In this document: positions 29,761-38,222 of the stretch, piece by piece
Position numbering within the stretch: the first letter of the stretch is position 1
Layout of the letters: the number at the start of each line of letters is the position of its first letter
DNA from: Candidatus Omnitrophota bacterium
GTDB lineage: Bacteria > Omnitrophota > Gorgyraeia > 1-14-0-20-64-10
Assembly: GCA_016201735.1 (NCBI GenBank)
Contig: JACQCH010000057.1
Span: forward strand, 18 to 64,017
Length of the DNA: 64,000 nt
Reading direction: 5' to 3'
Made by a program: the position numbers and the translations under genes
The notes under the pieces: model-generated
Told to the model about the DNA's origin: nothing
Databases searched by the model: none
What the model saw: only the letters and a program-made list of their open reading frames with translations

Positions 29761-30600
29761 TTAGTCGACGATGATGACGGAGGTTCCTTCCGGCAGAAGA
29801 ATGAACAGCTCTTCCACCTCCGCGTTGGCCAGGCGGACGCAGCCCTGGGTTACCGCTTTGCCGATCGAGGCCGGATCCGTGGTCCCATGAATCCCGTAGC
29901 CGGGCTGGTCAAATCCCATCCATCGGCTTCCCAAAACATTCCGGGGATCCCCGGCGGGAATCATTCCCTGCGGGGTAAACCAGGGAGGATTGACGATCCG
30001 ATTCACAATCTTGAACTTGCCCGTCGGGGTGTTGCCTCCGGCGCCGGTGGAGCACCGGTACACCCTCAGGACCTCCTCGTCATTTTTCAAGACCAGCGTG
30101 TTCTGGGATTTGTCCACCACGACGCTGAAGTTGGCCTTGGTCACCTTGAGGCGCTGCTCGGGACGGATCCGGTCGCTGGTGAGGCCGTTAGCGATCTTTA
30201 ACAGGTCGATCGTGGTGTGGAACTCCTTCGCGATCTTGGTGAGGGTATCCCCCGGCTGCACCAGGTAAGTGACCGAGCCGGGAGTCAGGGTGGGAGAGAA
30301 AATTAGTTTCAGGTTCACTTCACCCAGCCGCTGCTGGGCGGCCGTGGCCGCCTCGCTGGTGGGCATCTGCTGAAGGATCTGCTGGTAAAGCTGCTTGGCG
30401 TCGAGGAGAGATCCCTGCACCCTGGCCCGTTCCGCCTGAGCAAAGAGAACCCGGGCCGCCGGGGCATCGGAGGACGGCGCTTCGGGAATCCCTCCCTCAA
30501 CAGAAATCGGGGGCCGTCTCAACGCAACGATCCCAAAACCCAGAAGCAGAATCGCCGCCCCTGCGAGTCCGAGAGACAACCCGCGCCTTGTTATCGACAT
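29761..30600 (-). CDS. L,D-transpeptidase (YkuD) with LysM domain
   Basis: Signal peptide; LysM (VQPGDTLTKIAKEFHTTIDLLKIANGL); catalytic IHGTTDPASIGKAVTQGCVRL. Confidence 0.85.
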   Translation of the reverse strand: MSITRRGLSLGLAGAAILLLGFGIVALRRPPISVEGGIPEAPSSDAPAARVLFAQAERARVQGSLLDAKQLYQQILQQMPTSEAATAAQQRLGEVNLKLIFSPTLTPGSVTYLVQPGDTLTKIAKEFHTTIDLLKIANGLTSDRIRPEQRLKVTKANFSVVVDKSQNTLVLKNDEEVLRVYRCSTGAGGNTPTGKFKIVNRIVNPPWFTPQGMIPAGDPRNVLGSRWMGFDQPGYGIHGTTDPASIGKAVTQGCVRLANAEVEELFILLPEGTSVIIVD

Positions 30601-31037
30601 ATCGGTATCGCGATGAGAATTCCGATCGCAGACCCCGCAACCACTTCAATCGGCGTGTGTCCCACCAACTCGATCAGATGCTCTTCCTTGAATTGCCCGC
30701 TCACATAAACTTCATTGATCATCTTGTTCAAAACCATCGCCTGCCGCCCGGCCGCCCGGCGCACCCCTTGAGCATCAAACATGGTGACCAGAGCGAACAT
30801 GGCCGCCACAGCAAAGGCGGGGGTGTGGAAACCCAACTCGAGACCTACCCCGGTGGCCAAGGCAGAGACCCCGGCCGAATGGGACGAAGGCATCCCCCCT
30901 GTCCCCAGGAACCACCGGAAATCAAACCGGCGGTCACGGCGGGCGGCCAAGAGGGACTTGATCGTCTGGGCGATAACCCAAGCCACTATGGTCGCGATCA
31001 AAACCCGGTTTTGAAGAAACTCTCCGAGGGGGGTCAT
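30591..31037 (-). CDS. Divergent PAP2-family membrane protein (DUF212/YuiD-like)
   Basis: 148 aa, 4 TM, motifs GGMPSSHSAGVSAL and FDAQGVRR. Confidence 0.65.
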   Translation of the reverse strand: MTPLGEFLQNRVLIATIVAWVIAQTIKSLLAARRDRRFDFRWFLGTGGMPSSHSAGVSALATGVGLELGFHTPAFAVAAMFALVTMFDAQGVRRAAGRQAMVLNKMINEVYVSGQFKEEHLIELVGHTPIEVVAGSAIGILIAIPICR

Positions 31038-32038
31038 TGTTTCTTTAAGGAAGCTATTCTATCCTTAATCTGGACGGCTGACAACCCCAAGGTTTCTTTG
31101 GCCCGGATCAGATCGGTCAACAGCCCGTTAACGGGCGTGGGAATCCGATGCCGGATCCCCATCCGGACGATGGCGCCGTTTAAGGCGCCGATCTCCGTCT
31201 TCTTTCTCCGACGGAGGTCCTGAAGCATCGAGGGATGATGGGCCGCCGTGGCCGGAATCAACCGGTCGAACAGCTCCTTGGAATATTCTTCGGCAGTGGA
31301 AGGGGCCAAATCCATCCCCTCGGCCCGCCCTACCTGATAGGATTCCTTCACCACACCGCGCATCAGATGGCGAGTCGCTTCAGTCTCTAGAAGCCGGCCG
31401 TACGGAACCTCCAGCAGGGTCGAGAGGGGGTTTAAGGCGCAGTTGTAAATCACCTTGCTCCAGAGCGCTTCCCGAATCCGATCGGTGACTTGGGTCTTCA
31501 AGCCCGCCGAGGTCAAGCCCTCCGCGATTGGTTTTAAACGCTCCAACGGCAGGGCCGGGGCGAGCGCCCCCAACAAGATATCTCCTCCCCAGACCGTGAC
31601 CGTGGCGACACCGGGTTCAAGCTCGACGCCGAAGATCACCCGGCCGCCGACCAGTTGAGAAACCGGCAGGTGCTCCGCCAACGTTTCCCAATTCCCGAGT
31701 CCGTTCTGCAGGGAGATCACCTGGGTTGAGGATTGAATCCGATCCGCCAAACCCCGGGCCGCCTCGAGCGTGTCGTTGGATTTCACCGTCACCAGGACGA
31801 CGTCCCACGTTTCACGGGGAAGCTCCTCGAACTCCAGAGCGACTCGGCAATCTCTGATCTGATGTTCCCCAAGGATTCCCCGAAGGACCAGCCCATTGCG
31901 GCGAACCTCGTCGAGATGCCAGGGCCTCCCCAGCAGGCAGACCCGTTGTCCGGATTTCGCCAGAAGGCCGCCGACCACCGAACCAATGGCCCCCGCCCCG
32001 ACAACGAGCCAGTTCCCCTTATCCGTCGAGAGATTCAC
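31034..32038 (-). CDS. panE: 2-dehydropantoate 2-reductase (ketopantoate reductase)
   Basis: Rossmann motif VVGAGAIGSVVGG plus an ApbA C-terminal domain. Likely GTG start overlapping the upstream stop (GTGA); the ORF's longer N-terminal extension is probably non-coding. Confidence 0.75.
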   Translation of the reverse strand: MNLSTDKGNWLVVGAGAIGSVVGGLLAKSGQRVCLLGRPWHLDEVRRNGLVLRGILGEHQIRDCRVALEFEELPRETWDVVLVTVKSNDTLEAARGLADRIQSSTQVISLQNGLGNWETLAEHLPVSQLVGGRVIFGVELEPGVATVTVWGGDILLGALAPALPLERLKPIAEGLTSAGLKTQVTDRIREALWSKVIYNCALNPLSTLLEVPYGRLLETEATRHLMRGVVKESYQVGRAEGMDLAPSTAEEYSKELFDRLIPATAAHHPSMLQDLRRRKKTEIGALNGAIVRMGIRHRIPTPVNGLLTDLIRAKETLGLSAVQIKDRIASLKKQ

Positions 32039-32625
32039 CCCTCGAGGCGCCCGGTGATCTCTTCCAGGGCCTGGCGGAATGGTTGGTTGTCCACCACCGG
32101 GACGGTTCCCTCGATGGGAACCGGCGTCGAAAGGGGCACCCAAGATTTACAGCCGGCGTATTCCGGCCGGACCGGATGAACAATTTCCTTCTTTAACCGA
32201 TAGGCCCGCAGAACCACCGCCAGCATCGGGGAGATCGGCCGGTATCTCATCCGCTCCTGGATAAATTCCGGGGTCCAGATGTGGAACTTTTCCAATCCGG
32301 CAATCCGCTGGGGATCTTGAACCTGGGCGCAGTAGGCAACGCCGGCATACACCTTTAGAGGGACGCTCTGCGGGGCCGGCGGCTGCGTGAACAGCTCCTT
32401 GTAACGTTCCCGAAACTCGGGACGGACGCGGCACTCCGGGGATTCTCTTTGATGTTCCCAGGTCGGATAAAGGAAGAACTCCCGATGCTCCAGCTGGAAG
32501 GCCCCCTTCGGATCCCGAATCCCTCCTTTACGCAACAGGAGGATCTGCCGGCCCTCTGCCATGGCCTGGACCACCACTGCCCATTCTTTCAGCGCTACAT
32601 CCGATGTCATCATGGAAGCTTTCAT
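32035..32625 (-). CDS. Conserved hypothetical cytoplasmic protein
   Basis: 196-aa ORF with good codon periodicity; coupled to panE; no recognisable motif. Confidence 0.45.
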   Translation of the reverse strand: MKASMMTSDVALKEWAVVVQAMAEGRQILLLRKGGIRDPKGAFQLEHREFFLYPTWEHQRESPECRVRPEFRERYKELFTQPPAPQSVPLKVYAGVAYCAQVQDPQRIAGLEKFHIWTPEFIQERMRYRPISPMLAVVLRAYRLKKEIVHPVRPEYAGCKSWVPLSTPVPIEGTVPVVDNQPFRQALEEITGRLEG

Positions 32626-32760
32626 TATATACTAATCGGCCTCCGGGGTCCTGTCGGGGGCGGGCCGGCTCCCGGCATCGGGGTGGCAGGGGGCAGGCCA
32701 GATTCCGCCAGCAGGGCCGACCCATGAGGCTCAAGCCCTTCTTGAATGGGAAACCTAAGC

Positions 32761-32964
32761 TGACCCCGCCCCTCCATGGGTTTCTCTGGAGCAAGGTGGG
32801 GGAGTACGTATGGGTGTGCTCTTCCGAACATGAGAGGTCAGACAGGGTACATCGAGGTAACTTCCAACTTGCTCCAGAGAATAAAAGCTCCTGGAGCTTT
32901 TCGGGACGCCCCCGATTCTTGTCCACCCAGCGAGGGCGTCCCGACCCATGGAGGGGCGGGGTGA
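32761..32964 (+). repeat. Structured repeat element copy E1 (19-bp terminal inverted repeats TGACCCCGCCCCTCCATGGGT / ACCCATGGAGGGGCGGGGTGA; nested hairpins)
   Basis: Perfect 19-bp inverted repeat closes a three-hairpin cluster: TCTCTGGAGCAAG...CTTGCTCCAGAGA, AAAGCTCC/GGAGCTTT and CGGGACGCCC...GGGCGTCCCG. The 3' end GGAGGGGCGGGGTGAAATG supplies SD + GTG/ATG for a 24-41-aa ORF. Confidence 0.6.
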
Positions 32965-33500
32965 AATGTACGACTTTCCATGGAACGTCCTGTTGGGTTC
33001 GGCCATCTCCCTATGCTCTGACATCGTTACTGTGAACAATCCATCCAGTAAGGCTCGATGCCGGAACTGGCCTGCCCTCTGACAGGACCCCGAGGAGCCA
33101 ACTCCACCCCGAGATGGGGTCGACGAGCGGGCCTGAGAAGCCCTCCCACGAGACGGGGCATATTCGATAAAGTGGTATGAAAGCCAGCCGACATTTTTTC
33201 TTGACAGGATCCAACCCCTTGCGGTACAAGAGAACCGTACCCTCAAGATCTTGTGGGGGAGGGAGCGCGACAGCTTGAGAGGTCCCCGTCAGCCTGATGG
33301 CAGGCAGAGGAGGTCCTCCTAAAGCCAAGAGTGAAACAGGCTTCATCCTAATGCTCCCCGAAGGACGATTCCTTCCCAGTCACAAGGATCCCAAGGACGT
33401 AGGGTATAATACAAATTAGGGGTTTTAAGGACACGGCAACTAGCCACGTGGGGGGTGGTGCTGTCTCACCCATCCCAAAGCGAAGAGGAGTTTTTACGCG

Positions 33501-36500
33501 ATGATCAAGGACACCAAACCGGTTACCTGGGGGCAAACTTCCGCTGCTGAGCACCCCAACGGCCAGCCGCAGGAGTTTGCCGCTCCCACGCACGGCCTGA
33601 ACATCCCCCTTTATTTCTCGGAAGCGGGAGTGGATCCGTTTCGCCAGGTGACCTGGGAGCTGCGGACCGCCTCCATCACCAATGAGCATGGAGAGGTGGT
33701 TTTCGAACAGGCGCAGGTGGAGGTGCCTTCCTTCTGGTCCCAGATCGCCACGAACGTGGTGGTCTCCAAGTATTTCCGCGGAGCCCTGGGCACCCCCCAG
33801 AGAGAAAACTCGGTCAAGCAGCTCATCAGCCGGGTGGCCAACACCGTTACGGAATGGGGAATTAAGGATAAATACTTCGCGACCCCCCAGGAGGCCGAAA
33901 ATTTCAGGGCGGAATTGAGCACCCTCCTGCTGACGCAACGGGCCTCTTTTAATTCCCCGGTCTGGTTCAATGTCGGGATCGAACCTCACCCCCAGTGCTC
34001 GGCCTGCTTCATCCTGTCGGTGGAAGACAAGATGGAGTCGATCCTGGACTGGTACCGGGTGGAAGGAATGATCTTCAAGTACGGGTCCGGGTCAGGGATC
34101 AACCTTTCCCCGATCCGATCCGCCAGGGAGCCCCTGGCCGGAGGGGGAACGGCCAGCGGGCCGGTCTCCTTCATGAGGGCGGCCGACGCTTCCGCCGGAG
34201 TGATCAAGTCGGGTGGAAAAACCCGCAGAGCGGCAAAGATGGTGGTGCTCAACGCCGACCATCCGGACATCGAGAAATTCATCTGCTGCAAATGGCAGGA
34301 GGAAAAGAAGGCCTGGACCCTGGTGGACGCCGGTTACGATTCCTCCATCGACGGAGAGGCCTACTCCAGCGTCTTCTTCCAGAACGCCAATAACTCCGTC
34401 CGGGCAACCGACGAATTCATGAAGGCGGCCCTGGAAGATAAGCCGTGGGATTTGAAGGCCGTCACCACGGCCCAGCCGTTTCAGACGGTCCGGGCCCGGG
34501 AGCTGCTCCATTTGATTGCCGAAGCGACGTGGAACTGCGGCGATCCCGGCATGCAGTTTGATACGACGATCAACCGCTGGCACACCTGCCCCAACACCGG
34601 GCGGATCAACGCCAGCAACCCCTGTTTTACAGGCGACGCCAAAGTCTACACCGATCGGGGGCTTATTCCGTTCAAAGAACTAGCCGAACGTGTTTCCCTT
34701 GGTGAGACCTTTCGAGTTTTCACTCATGATGCGACGAACGCTCATTCTCCGGCAGAGACGGTCAGCCTGACCCGGCCAACCCAGATCATGCAGACAGGCG
34801 TGAATGAGGTGTACCGGCTGCGATTCTCAAATGGGATAGAAGTGACCTGCACCAAGAATCATCGCTTCTTTACCCGGAACCGGGGCATGGTAGCCGCAGA
34901 GGATCTTCAACCGGATGATGAGATTCTAACGCTCAACCAGCCGGTCGAGTTCCCGGCCTCTTCCTTGGCCATCGATGCGGACCACGCAGCCATTTTTTCC
35001 GGCGGGCGGGCATCGGGGGGGGCCACCCACGGCTACAAACCGGTTCAATTACCGTCCGTCTGGACGACCCCCCTTGCGGAGTATCTTGGATATCTCGTCG
35101 GGGACGGCTGCATCAGGGACGGCTCTGATTCGCGCAACCGCCTCAGTACCGCCAGCGTTGTCTTTGGCGCTCCAGCAGACGCAGAAGAACTGGCGCCTCG
35201 CTTCCGCGCTCTCTTTCAGGAAATGGGCGTAGAGGAATTGCAGGAAGTGGAGATGCCCAATGGGACGTCGCAATTGCGAGTCAACCGAACGCCGGTGATC
35301 CGTTTCTTCAAGCAGCTCGGGGTTTCTACCGCCAAGGCGCCCGAAAAAGTGATTCCGCACACTCTGTTTAAAGCCCCAAAACATATCGTCGCAGGATTTC
35401 TCCGCGGACTCTTTACGGCGGACGGCTGCGTGTACGATGGAAAGAAATCTCGCTACGTTGGCTTGGGCAGCGTTTCAAAACAACTTTTGCTCGAAACCCA
35501 ACAGCTTCTGGCCAGTTTTGGAATCAAGAGCGGGATCTATTCAACCAGGGAACCCTTCGAGGCTTTCCCCTATACCAAGCGGGATGGGAGCCGCGTAGTG
35601 TACCGCACTCACCAGATCTATGATTTGCGAGTCAGCGGCCCAAGCATCGCCCGCTTCAAGGAACAGATCGGGTTCCTGACGGCAAACAAGCAGGCAAAGC
35701 TGGATCGGCTCATTGCTGAACACGAACTCTATCAGGTCAAGGAAACGGTCCGGCTGAAAGAGCGGACCTTCGTTGGTCTGGAGACGACCTACAACCTGAC
35801 GGAACCCAAGAACCACAGCTACATCGTGAATTCGTTAATAGTATCTAACTGCAGTGAATACATGCATTTAGATAACTCGGCGTGCAACCTCGCTTCATTA
35901 AATCTCATGAGGTTTCTCGACGACAGCGGCCGATTCAAGATCGCCGACTTCCGGGCGGCGGTGCGAACCATGACGATCGCGATGGACATCCTCGTGGATA
36001 ACTCTTCCTACCCGACGCCGAAGATCACGGAGAACGCCAAGAACTTCCGGGAACTGGGATTGGGGTACGCCAACCTGGGAGCCCTTCTGATGTCGCTGGG
36101 AGTTCCCTACGACTCCGATGAGGGCCGGGCCTACGCCGCCACCGTGACGGCCTTGATGTGCGGCGAGGCGTACCGGACCTCCGCGGAGATCTCCGGAGTC
36201 AAAGGGTCCTACGCCGGGTTCGTCAAAAACAAGGAACCTCAGCTTCACGTCATCCGGATGCACCGGGACGCCCTCATCCATGTGGACGATCGCATTGTCC
36301 CCGAAGAAATGTTCGCCGCCGCCGCCCGCACCTGGGAGGAGGCCCTGCGGCTGGGGACGCTCCAGGGGATCCGGAATTCGCAAGTCACCGTCCTGGCTCC
36401 CACCGGCACGATCGGATTCATGATGGACTGCGACACGACCGGCGTTGAGCCGGACATCGCCCTGATCAAATACAAGAAACTCGTGGGCGGGGGCTTGATC

Positions 36501-37517
36501 AAGATCGTCAACAACACGGTCCCTCGGGCTTTAAAGAAGCTCGGCTACTCTCCGGAACAGATTCAGGCGATCTGCGATTACCTGAACAAAGAGGGAATGG
36601 TCGAGGGAGCGCCGGGCCTGGACCCGAAACATCTGCCGGTTTTTGACTGCGCCTTCAAACCAATGAAAGGGACCCGGTCCATCCATTACATGGGTCACAT
36701 CCGGATGATGGGAGCCGTCCAGCCGTTCATCAGCGGGGCAATCTCCAAAACCGTTAACGTTCCTCCCGACGCTACGGTGGATGAGATCATGCAGAGCTAC
36801 ACCGAAGCATGGAAACTCGGCGTCAAGGCCGTTGCGATCTACCGGGACGGTTCCAAACGGGTGCAGCCGCTGTCCACCGGAAAAACCGAGGTGGCCGAGA
36901 AAGAATCTTCGGACCCCCCCAAGCACCGGCCGCAGCGGCGCTATCTGCCCGATGAGCGAAACGCCCTCACTCACAAATTCTCGATCGCCGGCCACGATGG
37001 GTACGTGACGGTCGGGCTCTACGAGGACGGAAAACCGGGCGAGATTTTCATTGTGATGTCCAAGGAAGGAACGGTGATCTCCGGCCTCCTGGACGCCTTC
37101 GCCACGGCGATCTCCCTGGCCCTGCAGTACGGAGTTCCTCTGGAGGCTCTGGTGAAGAAATTCAGCCACATGCGGTTTGAGCCGGCGGGGATCACTTCCA
37201 ATCCGCAGATCCGGTTCGCCCAATCGATTCTCGACTATGTCTTCCGCTGGATGGCTCTGAAATTCTTGCCTGCGGACAAGCAGCCCACTCCGCCAGCGAC
37301 CGTGACGGACCTGGCGGCCAATCAGGCCGACGTGACGCAGCCGAACTCGACCGCCGGAACCGGCTCCACCCTGGAGCCAAGCCGGCAGGCCATTCAAAGT
37401 CAATCCTTCCAGGGCCAAGTGGACGCTCCTCCCTGTCCGGACTGCGGGGCGATGATGATTCGTTCCGGCAGCTGCTACAAGTGCTTCAACTGCGGAGCCA
37501 CTTCCGGCTGCAGCTAA
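33501..37517 (+). CDS. nrdJ: Class II (adenosylcobalamin-dependent) ribonucleotide reductase NrdJ, intein-containing
   Basis: 1338-aa ORF. Exteins carry RNR motifs (...INASNP|CSEYMHLDNSACNLASLNL, C-terminal zinc ribbon CPDCG...CFNCG). SD aagaggag sits 8 nt upstream of ATG. Confidence 0.93.
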   Translation: MIKDTKPVTWGQTSAAEHPNGQPQEFAAPTHGLNIPLYFSEAGVDPFRQVTWELRTASITNEHGEVVFEQAQVEVPSFWSQIATNVVVSKYFRGALGTPQRENSVKQLISRVANTVTEWGIKDKYFATPQEAENFRAELSTLLLTQRASFNSPVWFNVGIEPHPQCSACFILSVEDKMESILDWYRVEGMIFKYGSGSGINLSPIRSAREPLAGGGTASGPVSFMRAADASAGVIKSGGKTRRAAKMVVLNADHPDIEKFICCKWQEEKKAWTLVDAGYDSSIDGEAYSSVFFQNANNSVRATDEFMKAALEDKPWDLKAVTTAQPFQTVRARELLHLIAEATWNCGDPGMQFDTTINRWHTCPNTGRINASNPCFTGDAKVYTDRGLIPFKELAERVSLGETFRVFTHDATNAHSPAETVSLTRPTQIMQTGVNEVYRLRFSNGIEVTCTKNHRFFTRNRGMVAAEDLQPDDEILTLNQPVEFPASSLAIDADHAAIFSGGRASGGATHGYKPVQLPSVWTTPLAEYLGYLVGDGCIRDGSDSRNRLSTASVVFGAPADAEELAPRFRALFQEMGVEELQEVEMPNGTSQLRVNRTPVIRFFKQLGVSTAKAPEKVIPHTLFKAPKHIVAGFLRGLFTADGCVYDGKKSRYVGLGSVSKQLLLETQQLLASFGIKSGIYSTREPFEAFPYTKRDGSRVVYRTHQIYDLRVSGPSIARFKEQIGFLTANKQAKLDRLIAEHELYQVKETVRLKERTFVGLETTYNLTEPKNHSYIVNSLIVSNCSEYMHLDNSACNLASLNLMRFLDDSGRFKIADFRAAVRTMTIAMDILVDNSSYPTPKITENAKNFRELGLGYANLGALLMSLGVPYDSDEGRAYAATVTALMCGEAYRTSAEISGVKGSYAGFVKNKEPQLHVIRMHRDALIHVDDRIVPEEMFAAAARTWEEALRLGTLQGIRNSQVTVLAPTGTIGFMMDCDTTGVEPDIALIKYKKLVGGGLIKIVNNTVPRALKKLGYSPEQIQAICDYLNKEGMVEGAPGLDPKHLPVFDCAFKPMKGTRSIHYMGHIRMMGAVQPFISGAISKTVNVPPDATVDEIMQSYTEAWKLGVKAVAIYRDGSKRVQPLSTGKTEVAEKESSDPPKHRPQRRYLPDERNALTHKFSIAGHDGYVTVGLYEDGKPGEIFIVMSKEGTVISGLLDAFATAISLALQYGVPLEALVKKFSHMRFEPAGITSNPQIRFAQSILDYVFRWMALKFLPADKQPTPPATVTDLAANQADVTQPNSTAGTGSTLEPSRQAIQSQSFQGQVDAPPCPDCGAMMIRSGSCYKCFNCGATSGCS
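34623..35849 (+). mobile_element. Intein (409 aa) with LAGLIDADG homing-endonuclease domain, inserted immediately before the catalytic Cys of NrdJ
   Basis: Begins CFTGDAKVYT (block A Cys1), block B TCTKNHRF, two LAGLIDADG motifs (LGYLVGDGC and AGFLRGLFTADGC), and ends ...IVNSLIVSN|C (Asn + Cys+1). Confidence 0.9.
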
Positions 37518-37906
37518 TCAAACAGAGGCGGGCACTCCGTCGCGGCCTCAGCGAACCGACCTAACAAGTCCTGATCCGGATATCGGTGCGCTTTCCGGCG
37601 AAGTTGATCCAAGGACAATCCCAACGAAGGCTCGATAACCTCTGGACTGAAACTCGGTTCCGGCACTTGAGAGACCGGAATGGTTACCCCGAGAGAAATA
37701 TCCGCCGTTCGGCTCAAGCTCATCGAAGATCGATTCACGGATTGAACTGCTTGAACTTGAACCGGTGAACCGGCTTGAACAGCCGGTAAGATTTTCACCG
37801 GGGATGGGGAGTCGATTGTTGCCGCAAATCCCCCAGAGGAATTGAATAGAAGTCCTACGGTTCCCACAAACACCCACACGCCCAAGATCCTTGCTAACTT
37901 CATCAC
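37514..37906 (-). CDS. Small secreted P/S/V-rich hypothetical protein downstream of tpsA
   Basis: Signal peptide MMKLARILGVWVFVGTVGLL; low-complexity mature part; convergent 4-nt overlap with nrdJ. Confidence 0.4.
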   Translation of the reverse strand: MMKLARILGVWVFVGTVGLLFNSSGGFAATIDSPSPVKILPAVQAGSPVQVQAVQSVNRSSMSLSRTADISLGVTIPVSQVPEPSFSPEVIEPSLGLSLDQLRRKAHRYPDQDLLGRFAEAATECPPLFD

Positions 37907-38222
37907 CCGACCCTCCGCGTTTTCCTCCTTCAGCGCGCGAGGGCCTTGGGTCTCTTTCTGAACCTGGCAACTGGCTACCCGCCACTTTTGGCGGGCCCTT
38001 TAGCTTTGCGACCCCGGATTACTCCGGGTGTGCCTTGAGACAGGTCCCCGCGTCTTTCAACCCATCTAGTTAATTTATACCTTACAAACCGGCTAGAAAT
38101 CAAGAGGTAAACATCGTAACTTAAATAGAATCATATATTTATAAACAAGCTTCTTTCTGTCTAGCGGCGCTTAGAACTGCTTAAATCCACTTAGGGTTTC
38201 AGGTGGCTAGAGGGGACTTTAG

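Noticed and set aside
32626-33500. Possible adenosylcobalamin riboswitch upstream of the B12-dependent nrdJ
   Set aside because: Searched for the B12-box (rAGYCMGgAgaCCkGCc) and the GGGAAnnnGGTGnAA core and found neither. B12 riboswitches normally control B12-independent isozymes, not nrdJ.
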